A stretch of DNA of 48,820 nucleotides from a bacterium. Lineage in GTDB: Bacteria > Desulfobacterota_D > UBA1144. Below are positions 17,863-29,710 of the stretch, in pieces. Within the stretch, counting starts at the first letter, position 1. Each line of letters opens with the position of its first letter. Below the pieces are notes generated by a model that was not told the origin of the DNA, ran no database searches, and was given only the letters and a program-made list of their open reading frames with translations. Made by a program: the position numbers and the translations under genes. Location of the stretch: contig PAZJ02000009.1 in the NCBI GenBank assembly GCA_002715585.2, forward strand, positions 22,379-71,198. The letters are read 5' to 3'.

Positions 17863-18377
17863 TGTTAAAAAAGAGCCAAAAAGAATCAATTGTTTCAGTA
17901 TATTCAGAGGCAATAAATTCCTCGCCTTCTTTTATTTTGATTAATTTTTCCGGTTCAAAAGTTTTAGAATTTGAAAAGTTAAGAAAAGCTTTTCGTAAAT
18001 TAGATACTAAAGTTTCTGTTGTTAAAAATAGTTTACTGAAGAAAGCCACTCTTGACACTGATTTTGAGAAATATTTTAGTGAATTAAGAGGCGAAACAGC
18101 CATAGCATTACTGAATGACAATTATGTAGAAGCGGCTAAATCTTTTATGGATATAAAGAAAGAAAGCCCTGCATTTGAGATTAAATTTGGCTATATTGAC
18201 GGAAATGTAATAACTCTGAACCAATTAGAGGCAATTTCAAAACTTCCGTCCAGAGAAATTTTAATTTCTCAGTTTCTCTCTGTTATCAACCAGCCTGCTG
18301 TTAAATTTCTTTATGTCGCAAAATCAATACCATCAAGTTTAATAAATGTATTAAATAACTTGAAAGATAAAAAATAA
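17862..18377 (+). CDS. rplJ: 50S ribosomal protein L10
   Basis: 171 aa in the conserved position between rplA and rplL, with L10-like sequence. TAATG overlap with rplA. Confidence 0.9.
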   Translation: MLKKSQKESIVSVYSEAINSSPSFILINFSGSKVLEFEKLRKAFRKLDTKVSVVKNSLLKKATLDTDFEKYFSELRGETAIALLNDNYVEAAKSFMDIKKESPAFEIKFGYIDGNVITLNQLEAISKLPSREILISQFLSVINQPAVKFLYVAKSIPSSLINVLNNLKDKK

Positions 18378-18413
18378 CCATATATAATACGAGTTCAATA
18401 TCCGGAGGAAATT

Positions 18414-18803
18414 ATGCCTGAAGTATCAAGAGAAGATGTTATTAGTTATTTAGAAAAAGCTAATTTATTAGAGATTTCCGAACTAGTAAAAGATATCGAA
18501 GAAAAGTTTGGCGTTCAAGCCGCTGCTCCTGTTGCTGTAGCTGCTGCCCCTGCTGGTGGTGCTGCCCCAGCTGAAGCTGCAGGTGAAGAAAAGACTGAAT
18601 TTGATATTACCCTAAGCGAAGCTGGTGGAGAGAAGATTAAAGTTATTAAAATTGTCAGAGAAGTCACTGCACTTGGACTTAAAGAAGCTAAAGAGCTTGT
18701 TGAGTCTGCACCTAAACCCCTTAAACAAGGAGTTAAGAAAGAAGAGGCAGACGAAATTAAAAAGAAATTAGAAGAAGTTGGCGCTAAAGTAGAAGTCGCT
18801 TAA
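18414..18803 (+). CDS. rplL: 50S ribosomal protein L7/L12
   Basis: 129 aa. It has an Ala/Pro-rich hinge and the C-terminal domain [23 protein letters not shown]...[20 protein letters not shown] lies upstream. Confidence 0.96.
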   Translation: MPEVSREDVISYLEKANLLEISELVKDIEEKFGVQAAAPVAVAAAPAGGAAPAEAAGEEKTEFDITLSEAGGEKIKVIKIVREVTALGLKEAKELVESAPKPLKQGVKKEEADEIKKKLEEVGAKVEVA

Positions 18804-18839
18804 TTTTTTTCAAATTATTTTAGTCCAAGAGGTGAGTTT

Positions 18840-21800
18840 TTGCAAAAAGAAAATATTCTTTTAACTAAGCACAGAAAAAGTTTTAGAAATAGTATTAAAT
18901 CAGTTACCGATATTCCTGACTTACTTAGCGTTCAGAAAGAATCGTTTAACCTATTGGTTCAAGCAGATGTAGATCCTGAAAAAAGAGAAAATATTGGTCT
19001 ACAAAAAGTTTTTAAAGCTTCTTTCCCGATTGAAGATTATCAAGGTAGAGCTTCTTTAAGCTACGTTTCATATAGGGTAGAGGATCCAAAATATAGTATT
19101 TCTGAATGTAAACTCAAAGGATATAACTATCAATCTGCTATATATGTAAAATTTGATCTCTGTACATGGGAATATGATCTAGATGAAAATGAGAATCCAA
19201 TCTTAGAAACAAAGCGTGTAAAAGATATTAAACAACAAGAAGTATTTTTTGGTGAAATTCCAATCATGACACCAAATGGTGCATTTATAATCAATGGAAC
19301 AGAAAGAGTAATTGTCAATCAGTTACACAGATCGCCAGGTGTTTTTTTTGATGCCCAAAGAACTGCTAAAGATTTATCAACTACCGGAAAAACAAGCTTT
19401 ACAGCTAGAATAGTTCCCCAAGATGGAAGATGGCTTGATTTTGAATTTGACTCCAAAGATATTTTATTCGTTAGAATTGATAGAAAAAAGAAATTTCATT
19501 CAACGCTTTTGATGCTTGCTTTGGGACAAGATATTAAAACCATATTAAATAATTTCTATAAAAAGGAAAAAATAAGATTTAACGGAAAGGATTTTGAGAA
19601 AGATATTAATTTTGATCTTTTACCTTTTCAAAGAGCTTCTCATGATGTAATGGATTCCAAAGGAAATTTAGTAGTTAGAGAAAATAGAAGGTTTAATGAG
19701 AGAATAATTGATAAAATAAAGAATGATAAATTGACTAGCTTGCATGTACCAGAGGATGAACTACTTGGATCTTATTTAGTAAAAAAATTTGATGGAACAT
19801 TCGATAAAGAGAATCCAATTGAATCAAACTTGATTGAAGAAATTACTGATGAGACTATTGAATATATTAAAAATAATAATATAAATAATTTTGAAATATA
19901 TTTTGTTGATAATAATTTTTATACAAATTCACTTGTAATAACTGTAAATGAAATGTTGGCAAAAACTAAAGTTCTTACAAAGGATCAAGCAGTTTCTGAA
20001 ATATATAAAAAATTCAGACCGACTGATCCTCCGACTCCCAAAGTTGCAACAACTTTTTTTGAAAATATGTTTTTTAATGAAGATACATATAGATTGTCCC
20101 GTGTTGGAAGGATGAAAATAAATTATAAGCTCAATCATGGTGTATCGAATTCAAAACTATGTCTTGATTCCCGCGATATCTTAGAATCTTTCAAATATTT
20201 GTTATTATTAAAATCTGGGCGTGGTGAAGTTGATGACATTGATCATTTAGGTAATAGAAGAGTAAGAACTGTTGGGGAGCTAATCGAAGATAGATTTTTT
20301 GTCGGTCTTGAGCGACTTGCCAAAAGCATTAAAGAAAAGCTTATGTACAATGTTGTGGATGAAATGTTTCCATCCGATATTGTTATCCCTAAAAGTGTAA
20401 CTTCTGTAGTTAAAGAATTTTTTGCAACTGGTCAACTTTCACAATTTATGGATCAAACAAATCCATTATCTGAAATAACTCATAAAAGAAGATTGAGTGC
20501 TCTTGGACCAGGTGGTTTAACAAGAGAAAGAGCGGGTTTTGAGGTAAGAGATGTTCATTCCTCACATTATGGAAGAATTTGTCCAATTGAAACCCCGGAA
20601 GGCCCGAATATTGGTTTAATTTCGAGTTTAAGTACTTACTCTAAAATTAATGAGCATGGTTTTATACTTACTCCATACAGAGAAGTTAATAACTCAAAAG
20701 TCACAAATAAAATTAAATATTTAAATGCTTTAGAAGAGGAAGACTATATTATAGCCCAAGCAAATGCGGAAATTGACGAACAAGGTGAATTTATTAATGA
20801 CTTTGTTGATGCACGTAATGCAGGAGAATTTGAAGTTATTGAGAAAGAAAATGTTCAATTGATGGATGTTTCTCCAGCTCAATTAGTTTCAGTTTCATCA
20901 TCATTAATTCCCTTTCTTGAACATGATGATGCTAACAGAGCACTTATGGGATCAAATATGCAAAGACAGGCAGTTCCGTTACTGAAATCTTCTGCTCCTT
21001 TAGTTGGGACAGGATTTGAAAAAAATATATCTCGTGACTCTGGTGTCAATGTTATTGCTAAAAATGATGGGATTGTTGATTATGTTGATTCTTCAAAAAT
21101 TGTTATTAAAAAAGATGATGCTTCCTCAGGCGAGGCCTCTGATATCTATGATCTTATAAAATTTCAACGCTCGAATCAAAATACATGTTGGAATCAAAAA
21201 CCTCTTGTAAAAAAGGGACAGAGAATATTCAATGGTGACATAATAGCTGATGGTCCATCTACCGAATATGGTGAATTGGCTTTGGGTAAAAATGTATTAA
21301 TCGCCTTTATGGCCTGGGGGGGATACAATTTTGAAGATGCAATACTAATCAGTGAAAGGTTATCTAAAGAGGATACTTTTACATCTCTTCATATTGAAGA
21401 ATTTGAGTGCGTATCCAGAGAGACAAAACTTGGTAAAGAAGAAATAACTCGAGATATTCCAAATGTAAATGAAGAAAATTTATCTTTTTTAGACAAAGAT
21501 GGTGTTATTCAAATTGGAGCTGAAGTGAATCCAAACGATATCTTGGTAGGTAAAATTTCACCTAAGGGTGAAACACAATTATCCCCAGAGGAAAGACTTT
21601 TAAGAGCAATTTTTGGAGATAAAGCTGGAGATGTTAAAGACACCTCTTTAAGAGTTCCACCTGGAGTGAATGGTATCGTTCTAGACGTCAAAACTCTTGT
21701 TTCCAGATTAGGTGATAAACAAGATCAATCTAGATCAGGATCACCTGAAGTTATAGAATTAAAAGCAGAATTACAAAAAGAGGAAGATTACATAGTAAGT

Positions 21801-23000
21801 GAAGCAAGATCTAAATTGAAAAATATATTTGTAGGTAAAGTTTCCAATAACGATGTCAGATCTGGTAGAAAAATTGTCTTGAAAAAGACAAAAGAAATAA
21901 CCCAGGAGTCTTTTAATTTGGTTCCTTATGAAAAAATAATTACAATTGAATTTGATGATAAGAGTTCATGTTTAAAAGATATTGAGTCAATTTTGAAAAT
22001 TAGTAATGAAAAAATGGAAAGTGTTTCAAATAGAATTAATTCAGAAATAGAAAAATTATCACAACCTGATGATTTACAGCCTGGTGTTTTAAAAGTTATC
22101 AAAGTGTATGTGGCTGTTAAAAGAAAACATCAAGTAGGTGATAAGATGGCTGGTAGACATGGAAATAAGGGGGTTGTTTCCCGTGTATTACCCGTTGAGG
22201 ATATGCCTTATTTACCTGATGGTACTCCTGTTGATATGGTCTTGAATCCTTTAGGTGTTCCATCAAGAATGAATGTTGGTCAAATTCTAGAAACCCATTT
22301 AGGATTAGCGGCAAAAGCGTTAGGTAACCAAATAGATTATGAATTAAATAATAAATTTCCAAATATAGCTAAGCTTAAAGAATTACTTACAAGTTTTTAT
22401 AAAAATGATATTGATTATATAAATAGTATAAAGAAACTCTCAGAAGAAGATATGTTAGATCTTGCTAAAAGATTATCTGATGGAGTCCCTGTAGAGACTC
22501 CAATTTTTGAAGGTGTAAAAGAATCAGATATAAGATCTTTATTAGCTGAGAATCATTTTCCTGAAGATGGAAAACTTACTTTGTTTAATGGACAGACAGG
22601 CGAAGCTTTTGATCAACGTGTAACTGTTGGAATAATGTATATGATAAAATTACATCATTTAGTTGAAGAAAAAATTCATGCTAGAGCAATTGGACCATAT
22701 TCGCTCGTAACTCAACAACCTCTAGGTGGAAAATCTCATTTTGGTGGTCAGCGATTAGGTGAAATGGAAGTCTGGGCTTTGGAGGCGTATGGTGCTGCAA
22801 ATACATTGCAAGAATTTTTAACAGTAAAGTCTGATGATGTAATTGGTAGAACGAGGCTTTTCGATTCAATTGTAAAAAATAAATTGAAATTTGAACCAGG
22901 AATCCCAGAATCTTTTAATGTTTTAACAAACGAATTAAAATCTTTGGGTTTAAATATTGAAATGATTGATAAAGGGGAAGAGCTAGATGCAGAAAGTTAG
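18840..23000 (+). CDS. rpoB: DNA-directed RNA polymerase beta subunit
   Basis: 1386 aa. Motifs NGTERVIVNQLHRSPGV, GPGGLTRERAGFEVRDVH and KMAGRHGNKGV are present. TTG start 7 nt after SD GAGGTGA. Confidence 0.97.
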   Translation: MQKENILLTKHRKSFRNSIKSVTDIPDLLSVQKESFNLLVQADVDPEKRENIGLQKVFKASFPIEDYQGRASLSYVSYRVEDPKYSISECKLKGYNYQSAIYVKFDLCTWEYDLDENENPILETKRVKDIKQQEVFFGEIPIMTPNGAFIINGTERVIVNQLHRSPGVFFDAQRTAKDLSTTGKTSFTARIVPQDGRWLDFEFDSKDILFVRIDRKKKFHSTLLMLALGQDIKTILNNFYKKEKIRFNGKDFEKDINFDLLPFQRASHDVMDSKGNLVVRENRRFNERIIDKIKNDKLTSLHVPEDELLGSYLVKKFDGTFDKENPIESNLIEEITDETIEYIKNNNINNFEIYFVDNNFYTNSLVITVNEMLAKTKVLTKDQAVSEIYKKFRPTDPPTPKVATTFFENMFFNEDTYRLSRVGRMKINYKLNHGVSNSKLCLDSRDILESFKYLLLLKSGRGEVDDIDHLGNRRVRTVGELIEDRFFVGLERLAKSIKEKLMYNVVDEMFPSDIVIPKSVTSVVKEFFATGQLSQFMDQTNPLSEITHKRRLSALGPGGLTRERAGFEVRDVHSSHYGRICPIETPEGPNIGLISSLSTYSKINEHGFILTPYREVNNSKVTNKIKYLNALEEEDYIIAQANAEIDEQGEFINDFVDARNAGEFEVIEKENVQLMDVSPAQLVSVSSSLIPFLEHDDANRALMGSNMQRQAVPLLKSSAPLVGTGFEKNISRDSGVNVIAKNDGIVDYVDSSKIVIKKDDASSGEASDIYDLIKFQRSNQNTCWNQKPLVKKGQRIFNGDIIADGPSTEYGELALGKNVLIAFMAWGGYNFEDAILISERLSKEDTFTSLHIEEFECVSRETKLGKEEITRDIPNVNEENLSFLDKDGVIQIGAEVNPNDILVGKISPKGETQLSPEERLLRAIFGDKAGDVKDTSLRVPPGVNGIVLDVKTLVSRLGDKQDQSRSGSPEVIELKAELQKEEDYIVSEARSKLKNIFVGKVSNNDVRSGRKIVLKKTKEITQESFNLVPYEKIITIEFDDKSSCLKDIESILKISNEKMESVSNRINSEIEKLSQPDDLQPGVLKVIKVYVAVKRKHQVGDKMAGRHGNKGVVSRVLPVEDMPYLPDGTPVDMVLNPLGVPSRMNVGQILETHLGLAAKALGNQIDYELNNKFPNIAKLKELLTSFYKNDIDYINSIKKLSEEDMLDLAKRLSDGVPVETPIFEGVKESDIRSLLAENHFPEDGKLTLFNGQTGEAFDQRVTVGIMYMIKLHHLVEEKIHARAIGPYSLVTQQPLGGKSHFGGQRLGEMEVWALEAYGAANTLQEFLTVKSDDVIGRTRLFDSIVKNKLKFEPGIPESFNVLTNELKSLGLNIEMIDKGEELDAES

Positions 23001-23018
23001 AATTTTGGAGGTAATCAT

Positions 23019-26000
23019 ATGCTAGACATGGGAGTGTTATTTGATAAACCAAAGAATCCATCTGATTTTAAATCTATTAAGATCAGTATTGCCTCACCTG
23101 AAGAGATTAAGGACTGGTCTTATGGTGAAATAAAAAAACCAGAAACTATAAATTATAGAACATTTAAACCAGAAAAATATGGTCTATTTTGTGCCAAAAT
23201 TTTTGGACCCGTTAAAGATTTTGAATGTCTTTGTGGAAAATACAAAAGGCTAAAACATAGAAATCATACATGTGAGAAGTGTGGGGTTGAAGTTATTTCT
23301 AGTAAGGTCAGAAGATTTAGGATGGGTCATATTGAGCTTTGCTCCCCAGTTGCCCATATTTGGTTTCTAAAAAGTGTGCCTAGTAGGATTGGATCTTTAC
23401 TGGATATGACATTAAAAGACCTTGAAAAAGTTTTATATTTTGAATCATATGTAATAACTGACCCTGGTGACACAGGCTTGAAAATTGGACAAGTTATCTC
23501 AGAAGATGCTTATAGAAAGCTAATAGATGATAATTTTTTTCTACTTGTTGGAATGGGTGCTGAAACTATAAGGACAATGCTTCAAGAGATTGATTTAGAG
23601 GCACTATCTGTGGATTTAAAACAAGAACTTAGATCAACAACCTCACCATTAAAAAAAGTAAAATTGTCAAAACGACTTAGAATTGTAGAGGCTTTCAGGA
23701 GTTCAGGCAATAAACCTGAATGGATGATTTTAAAAAGGCTACCTGTTTTGCCGCCTGATCTTAGACCATTGGTTCCACTCGATGGTGGTAGATTTGCCAC
23801 TTCTGACTTAAATGATTTGTATAGAAGAGTTATCAACAGAAACAATAGATTAAAAAAATTAATGGAATTGGGTGCTCCTGATATCATCATTAGAAATGAA
23901 AAAAGAATGCTACAAGAATCAGTAGATGCATTATTTGAGAATGGTAGAAGAGGTCGACCTGTTTTAGGACATAATCACAGGCCTTTAAAAAGTTTAAGTG
24001 ATATTATAAAAGGAAAGCAGGGTAGGTTTAGACAGAACTTGTTAGGGAAAAGAGTCGATTACTCTGGTAGGTCTGTAATAGTTGTTGGCCCTCAATTAAA
24101 GCTACATCAGTGCGGGCTACCTAAAAAAATGGCATTAGAACTATTTAGGCCATTCATTTATCAAAAACTTGAATTATGGGGCCATGCAGCAACAATTAAA
24201 ATAGCAAAGAACTTAGTTGAACAACAAGCACCGATTGTCTGGGATGCATTAGATGATGTTATAAAAGAACATCCTGTTATGTTAAATAGAGCTCCGACTC
24301 TTCATAGACTTAGTGTACAAGCTTTTGAGCCAGTTTTGGTAGAAGATAAGGCTATTCAGCTTCACCCACTAGTTTGCCCAGCATTTAATGCAGACTTTGA
24401 TGGCGATCAGATGGCTGTTCATGTTCCTTTGTCAGTGGAGGCTCAAACTGAATGTCGAACACTTATTATGTCTACTAATAATATTCTTTCCCCTGCTCAT
24501 GGAAAACCAATAATACTTCCATCGCAAGATATTGTATTGGGAATTTACTATATAAGTAGGGAAGTTCCAGGTGTAAAAGGTGAGGGCAAAATTTTTTCAT
24601 CTATTGACGAATTAAGAAGTGCCTTTGACCTTGGAAATGTTCATATCCACGCAAAAATTAAAATTAATATTAATGGAAAAGTAGAAAATACTACTGTAGG
24701 AAGAGCATTAATTTTTGAAGTTATGCCTGATGAGGTTCCATTTGAGCTAGTTAATAGACTTATGACTAAAAAAGCAATTGAGGAACTTATTGATTCAACA
24801 TTTAGAATATCAGGCGGTAAAAGTACTGTGCTTCTAGCTGATAGGCTCAGAACCTTAGGGTTTCAACATTCAACAACATCTGGCATATCTGTTTCAATTG
24901 CAGATATGGTTATTCCTGAAGAAAAAAATGAATTAATACAAAAGGCCGAAGATGAAGTCAACAATGTTAAAGATCAGTATCTTCAAGGTTTAATAACTGA
25001 AGGAGAGCGTTATAATAAAGTTATAGATGTATGGGCTCGAACAGGAGATGAAATTGCAAACTCCCTTATGGAAAGAATCGCCACATCAGAATCATCAAAT
25101 AACGAAAAATCAGGTGTATCTCCGAGTAGCAATCCTATATTCATGATGGTCGAATCAGGTGCAAGAGGAAGTCAATCCCAAGTTCGCCAGCTTGCTGGTA
25201 TGCGTGGTTTAATGGCTAAGCCTTCTGGAGAAATTATAGAGACTCCGATAACGTCTAATTTCAGAGAAGGTTTAAGTGTTCTTCAATATTTTATTTCTAC
25301 TCATGGTGCAAGAAAAGGTCTGGCTGATACTGCTTTAAAAACTGCAAATGCGGGATATTTGACGAGACGTTTAGTTGATGTAGCACAAGATGTAATGGTT
25401 ACTGAGTATGATTGTGGTACAAATGAAGGAGTTGAACTAACTCAGCTTATTGAAGGGGGTGAGGTTGTTTCAAGTGTCGGTACTCGTGCATTAGGTAGAA
25501 TAGTCGCTGAAGATGTAGTTGACCCTTTAAGTGGAGAGAAAATACTTTCTAGAAATCAAGAAGTTGATGAATCAGCCGCAAAGCGAATTGATGATTTACC
25601 TGGTTCTCCAAAAATTAAAATAAGATCAGTACTTACCTGTGAGTGTGAAACTGGGGTTTGTGCTTTGTGTTATGGTAGAAATCTAGCTAGTGGCGAACTG
25701 GTTAATATTGGTGAAGCTGTTGGAATTATCGCAGCCCAATCTATTGGTGAGCCAGGCACTCAGCTCACAATGAGAACTTTCCATATTGGTGGAGTCGCAA
25801 AGGTTGAACAATCAAGACATGAAGCAAAAAATAACGGAAAAATTAAATTCATTGATCTAAATTATGTTAAATCTGGTGATTCTAACATATGTACCAGTAA
25901 AACTGCTGAAATTGTTATAGAAGATTCAAGTACATCCTTAGAGCTGGAAAGATACCCTTTGACAATTGGTGCAAAAATTCATTTCAATGAAAATGATTCA

Positions 26001-27095
26001 GTTAAAAAGGGTTCTGTAATAGCTGAATGGGACCCAACTATTTTTCCATTTGTAGCAGAAGAATCAGGTCATGTTGAATATAAAGATTTAGAAGCTAATG
26101 TTACTTTTAAGGAAACAGTTGATCCATATACTGGCTTATCAAATAAAGAAGTTATTCAATTTAAAAACCAAAAATTAAATCCTGCCTTAATATTAGTTAC
26201 AAAATCTGGAGATAGATTTGAATATCCTATGCCAGGCGGTGCAGAAATTAGAAAAGATGATGGTGAAAAAGTACAACCTGGGGAATTCATTGCATCCTTA
26301 CCTCAAACTAAGGCTCAAACCAAGGATATTACAGGTGGACTTCCAAGGGTTGCTGAATTATTTGAAGCAAGGCCACCAAAAGATCCAGCTATTGTTTCAG
26401 AGATTGAAGGAGTAGTTTCATTTGGAAAAGACATTAAGGCGAAAAAAAGAATAATTGTTACCCCATCAGTAGGAGATCCTAAAGAATATTTAGTTCCAAA
26501 GTCAAAACATATTTTAGTTAGGGAGGGTGAAAATATTACAGCTGGTGATCAAATTGTAGACGGAGCTCCTGATCCACATGATATTTTAAAAATTAAAGGT
26601 GAAAAAGAACTTTCAAAATATATCGTTGACGAGATTCAAGATGTTTATAGATTACAGGGTGTAAGAATCAATGATAAGCATATTGAGATTATTACAAGAC
26701 AAATGTTAAAGAGAGTTAAAATAACCGATAGTGGTGATACAACTTTACTTATTGGTGAAGCCGTTGAAAAAAACGAGTTTATTAAAACTAATAAGCAGGT
26801 TCTATCTGAGGGAGGGCAGCCTGCCAAAGCTGAGCCTTTATTGTTAGGTATAACAAGGGCTTCATTAAGTACAAAGAGTTGGTTATCGGCCGCCTCATTC
26901 CAAGAGACTACTAAAGTTTTAACTGATGCATCGTGTGAAGGAAAAATTGATGAATTATCTGGATTAAAAGAGAATGTAATAATGGGTAGACTTATACCTG
27001 CGGGAACAGGCCTTCCACTTTATTCAGATACTGACGTTGAAATTAATGCTCCAGAGATTGAGGTGCCAGAGGCAGCTATTACAGAAAATATTTGA
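23019..27095 (+). CDS. rpoC: DNA-directed RNA polymerase beta-prime subunit
   Basis: 1358 aa. It has the zinc motif [20 protein letters not shown], the catalytic NADFDGD motif, and a trigger loop split by an SI3-like insertion. SD GGAGG lies upstream. Confidence 0.97.
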   Translation: MLDMGVLFDKPKNPSDFKSIKISIASPEEIKDWSYGEIKKPETINYRTFKPEKYGLFCAKIFGPVKDFECLCGKYKRLKHRNHTCEKCGVEVISSKVRRFRMGHIELCSPVAHIWFLKSVPSRIGSLLDMTLKDLEKVLYFESYVITDPGDTGLKIGQVISEDAYRKLIDDNFFLLVGMGAETIRTMLQEIDLEALSVDLKQELRSTTSPLKKVKLSKRLRIVEAFRSSGNKPEWMILKRLPVLPPDLRPLVPLDGGRFATSDLNDLYRRVINRNNRLKKLMELGAPDIIIRNEKRMLQESVDALFENGRRGRPVLGHNHRPLKSLSDIIKGKQGRFRQNLLGKRVDYSGRSVIVVGPQLKLHQCGLPKKMALELFRPFIYQKLELWGHAATIKIAKNLVEQQAPIVWDALDDVIKEHPVMLNRAPTLHRLSVQAFEPVLVEDKAIQLHPLVCPAFNADFDGDQMAVHVPLSVEAQTECRTLIMSTNNILSPAHGKPIILPSQDIVLGIYYISREVPGVKGEGKIFSSIDELRSAFDLGNVHIHAKIKININGKVENTTVGRALIFEVMPDEVPFELVNRLMTKKAIEELIDSTFRISGGKSTVLLADRLRTLGFQHSTTSGISVSIADMVIPEEKNELIQKAEDEVNNVKDQYLQGLITEGERYNKVIDVWARTGDEIANSLMERIATSESSNNEKSGVSPSSNPIFMMVESGARGSQSQVRQLAGMRGLMAKPSGEIIETPITSNFREGLSVLQYFISTHGARKGLADTALKTANAGYLTRRLVDVAQDVMVTEYDCGTNEGVELTQLIEGGEVVSSVGTRALGRIVAEDVVDPLSGEKILSRNQEVDESAAKRIDDLPGSPKIKIRSVLTCECETGVCALCYGRNLASGELVNIGEAVGIIAAQSIGEPGTQLTMRTFHIGGVAKVEQSRHEAKNNGKIKFIDLNYVKSGDSNICTSKTAEIVIEDSSTSLELERYPLTIGAKIHFNENDSVKKGSVIAEWDPTIFPFVAEESGHVEYKDLEANVTFKETVDPYTGLSNKEVIQFKNQKLNPALILVTKSGDRFEYPMPGGAEIRKDDGEKVQPGEFIASLPQTKAQTKDITGGLPRVAELFEARPPKDPAIVSEIEGVVSFGKDIKAKKRIIVTPSVGDPKEYLVPKSKHILVREGENITAGDQIVDGAPDPHDILKIKGEKELSKYIVDEIQDVYRLQGVRINDKHIEIITRQMLKRVKITDSGDTTLLIGEAVEKNEFIKTNKQVLSEGGQPAKAEPLLLGITRASLSTKSWLSAASFQETTKVLTDASCEGKIDELSGLKENVIMGRLIPAGTGLPLYSDTDVEINAPEIEVPEAAITENI

Positions 27096-29710
27096 TGAAA
27101 CCTACTGAAAGCTTTAAAACTTATGATTCAACTGAAATTGAAAAAAAATGGATAGATTCTATATCCATTAGTAAAAGTTTTGATGATTCCAAAAAAGTTT
27201 TCTCTTTGGCAATTCCACCACCAAATGTTACAGGTAGCTTACATTTGGGGCATGCACTAAATTCCACAGTTCAAGATATATTAGTTAAATATTATTATCT
27301 TAAAGGATTTAACGTTCACTGGACACCTGGAACTGATCATGCGGGCATTGCCACTCAATTACTTGTGGAAAAATCATTATCAAGAAAAGGTATAAATTTA
27401 AAGAAATTACCAAATGATGAACTAATTAAAGAAATTTGGAAATGGAAAAACACAAATGGTGATCAAATTATTAACCAATTAAAAACTTTAGGATTGAGTT
27501 GCGATTGGGATGAGAAAAAGTTTACCCTCGATGAAGATATGAGTTATGCTGTCAATAAAGCATTTATAGATTTGTTCAATGAAGGATTGATCTATAAGGA
27601 AAAAACTCTAGTCAATTGGGATCCAGTCTTGAAAACTGCTATTTCAGACTTAGAGGTAATTTCGGTTGAGACAAAAGCATTCCTTTATTCTTTTAAATAT
27701 TTTTTAGAAGATTCTGATGAATTTATCATTGTATCAACCACTAGACCAGAGACAGCATTCGGAGATACCGCCGTTGCTGTTAATCCAAATGATGAAAGAT
27801 ACTCGCACATGGTTGGGAAAAAAGTACTTAATATATTTAATGATAAAAAAATTCCAATAATTAGTGATGATTATGCTGATATAGATAAAGGGTCTGGAGC
27901 TGTAAAGATAACCCCTGGACATGATTTTAATGATTTTGAAATAGCTAAAAGACATGGACTAGAGATGATAAATATCCTAAATGATGATGGTACTTTAAAC
28001 AATAACGTTCCAATTAAATTCAGAGGATTATCAACTATTGAAGCAAGAGACAAAATACTCACTTTTATTAAAGAAAAAGATATCTATGAAGGCAGTGAGG
28101 AAGTGACTAATAAGACTCCTAAAGGTGATAGGTCATCAGCTGTAATTGAGCCATTACTTAAATATCAGTGGTTTTTAGATGTAAAAGATATGGCTGGGGA
28201 ATCAATGAAAGCAGTAAAGAGTGGGGATATTGAATTTAAACCAAAATTTTGGGAAAACACTTTTTTTGAATGGATGAAAAACATTAAGCCATGGTGTATT
28301 TCTCGGCAAATTATATGGGGTCATAAAATACCAGTATGGACATGTAATAATAATTTTTCAGTTGCCGCTCAAGATGAAAAAGAAGCTTTGTTAGAATATC
28401 AAAAAAAATATAATAAAATGCCAAAGGAATTTGTTCGTGAATCAGACGTTTTAGATACATGGTTTTCCTCAGGATTATGGCCTTTTTCAACTTTAGGTTG
28501 GCCAAAAAATAATGAAAAATATTCAAATTTTTTTCCAACATCAATTTTAGTTACAGGTTTTGATATTATTTTTTTCTGGGTTGCAAGAATGATTATGATG
28601 TCGATTAAACTGACAAAGCAAATTCCTTTTAAAGTTGTATATATCCATAATCTAATAAGAGATCAAAAAGGGGATAAAATGAGTAAGACAAAAGGTAATG
28701 TTATTGATCCCTTAGAGTTAATTCATCAATATGGCACAGATTCATTGAGATTTTATCTTTCATCAAACTTGTCACCACATAATGACATTAAAATTGGAAA
28801 AAATTCTTTGGACTCGTATAAAAATTTTATGAATAAAATTTGGAATGCCTATAATTTTGTAAAAATTAATACCGATGGATGTGAAATAAAAGAACAATTA
28901 AAACCACAAACCTTTTATGATTTTTGGATTATTTCAAGGTTCGGTGATTTACTAAGTAAATATGAGAAATGCATCGAAAATTGCGAAATTGAAAAATCAG
29001 CTACTGAAATCTATAAATTTTTCTGGGATGATTACTGTGATTGGTATATTGAAATTTCAAAAATTTCTTTTTTAAATACCGAAAATAAGAATACAAAAGA
29101 AATATTATTAAATATTTTTAATGATTTTATCTTGCTATTATTTCCATTTTGTCCTTTTATTTCATCAGAGCTATTAAGTCAAATAAACAAATCACATAGA
29201 AAAAAGAAATTGCCTGAAAAAAATAAATATAAGTTTGAAAGCCTTGATAAAATAAATTTTAACATCTTACAGGATTTTGTTATCGCAGTAAGATCTTTTA
29301 GAAAAAATCTTTCTATTCCACCAGCTCTTAAAATTGATATATACATAGAAAAAAATAATAAATATTATGAATTCATCATTATAAATAATGATTTAGTTTC
29401 TAAACTGCTAAATATAGATTCTATTAAATATCATGATAAAGATGATAAAATGTTTATTACTACAGTTTCAAAATATTTTAAAATTTCTATTAAAAAAACT
29501 AATGATATGGATATTCTTTCACAAAAGAATAAGCTTTTGAAAGATTTAGGAGCTATTAACAAGGATTTAGATAGGGTTGCTAATAAATTAAAAAACTCAA
29601 AGTTTTTAGATTCTGCGCCGGCGGAAGTTATTGAGAGAGAAAAAAGGATATATAGTGAATCTGAGATTAGTAAAGAAAATATTGAAAATATTTTAAACCA
29701 GCTTGACTAG
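27095..29710 (+). CDS. valS: Valyl-tRNA synthetase
   Basis: About 871 aa. HIGH-type motif PPNVTGSLHLGHA, KMSKS motif KMSKTKGN, and a C-terminal coiled coil are present. I place the start at ATG 27095 (TGATG overlap with the rpoC stop) rather than the TTG at 27092. Confidence 0.93.
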   Translation: MKPTESFKTYDSTEIEKKWIDSISISKSFDDSKKVFSLAIPPPNVTGSLHLGHALNSTVQDILVKYYYLKGFNVHWTPGTDHAGIATQLLVEKSLSRKGINLKKLPNDELIKEIWKWKNTNGDQIINQLKTLGLSCDWDEKKFTLDEDMSYAVNKAFIDLFNEGLIYKEKTLVNWDPVLKTAISDLEVISVETKAFLYSFKYFLEDSDEFIIVSTTRPETAFGDTAVAVNPNDERYSHMVGKKVLNIFNDKKIPIISDDYADIDKGSGAVKITPGHDFNDFEIAKRHGLEMINILNDDGTLNNNVPIKFRGLSTIEARDKILTFIKEKDIYEGSEEVTNKTPKGDRSSAVIEPLLKYQWFLDVKDMAGESMKAVKSGDIEFKPKFWENTFFEWMKNIKPWCISRQIIWGHKIPVWTCNNNFSVAAQDEKEALLEYQKKYNKMPKEFVRESDVLDTWFSSGLWPFSTLGWPKNNEKYSNFFPTSILVTGFDIIFFWVARMIMMSIKLTKQIPFKVVYIHNLIRDQKGDKMSKTKGNVIDPLELIHQYGTDSLRFYLSSNLSPHNDIKIGKNSLDSYKNFMNKIWNAYNFVKINTDGCEIKEQLKPQTFYDFWIISRFGDLLSKYEKCIENCEIEKSATEIYKFFWDDYCDWYIEISKISFLNTENKNTKEILLNIFNDFILLLFPFCPFISSELLSQINKSHRKKKLPEKNKYKFESLDKINFNILQDFVIAVRSFRKNLSIPPALKIDIYIEKNNKYYEFIIINNDLVSKLLNIDSIKYHDKDDKMFITTVSKYFKISIKKTNDMDILSQKNKLLKDLGAINKDLDRVANKLKNSKFLDSAPAEVIEREKRIYSESEISKENIENILNQLD

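Noticed and set aside
18516-18585. A locally GC-rich, repetitive GCT/GCC/CCT patch looks compositionally foreign.
   Set aside because: It encodes the Ala/Pro-rich flexible hinge of L7/L12 ([22 protein letters not shown]), a normal feature of the protein.
19455-20040. Large non-universal segments occur in rpoB here, again in rpoB at about 21.7-22.1 kb, and in rpoC at about 25.8-26.4 kb. They could be inteins or mobile insertions.
   Set aside because: They sit where the lineage-specific sequence insertions of proteobacterial-type beta (SI1/SI2-like) and beta-prime (SI3 in the trigger loop) occur. They lack intein splice-junction or endonuclease motifs.
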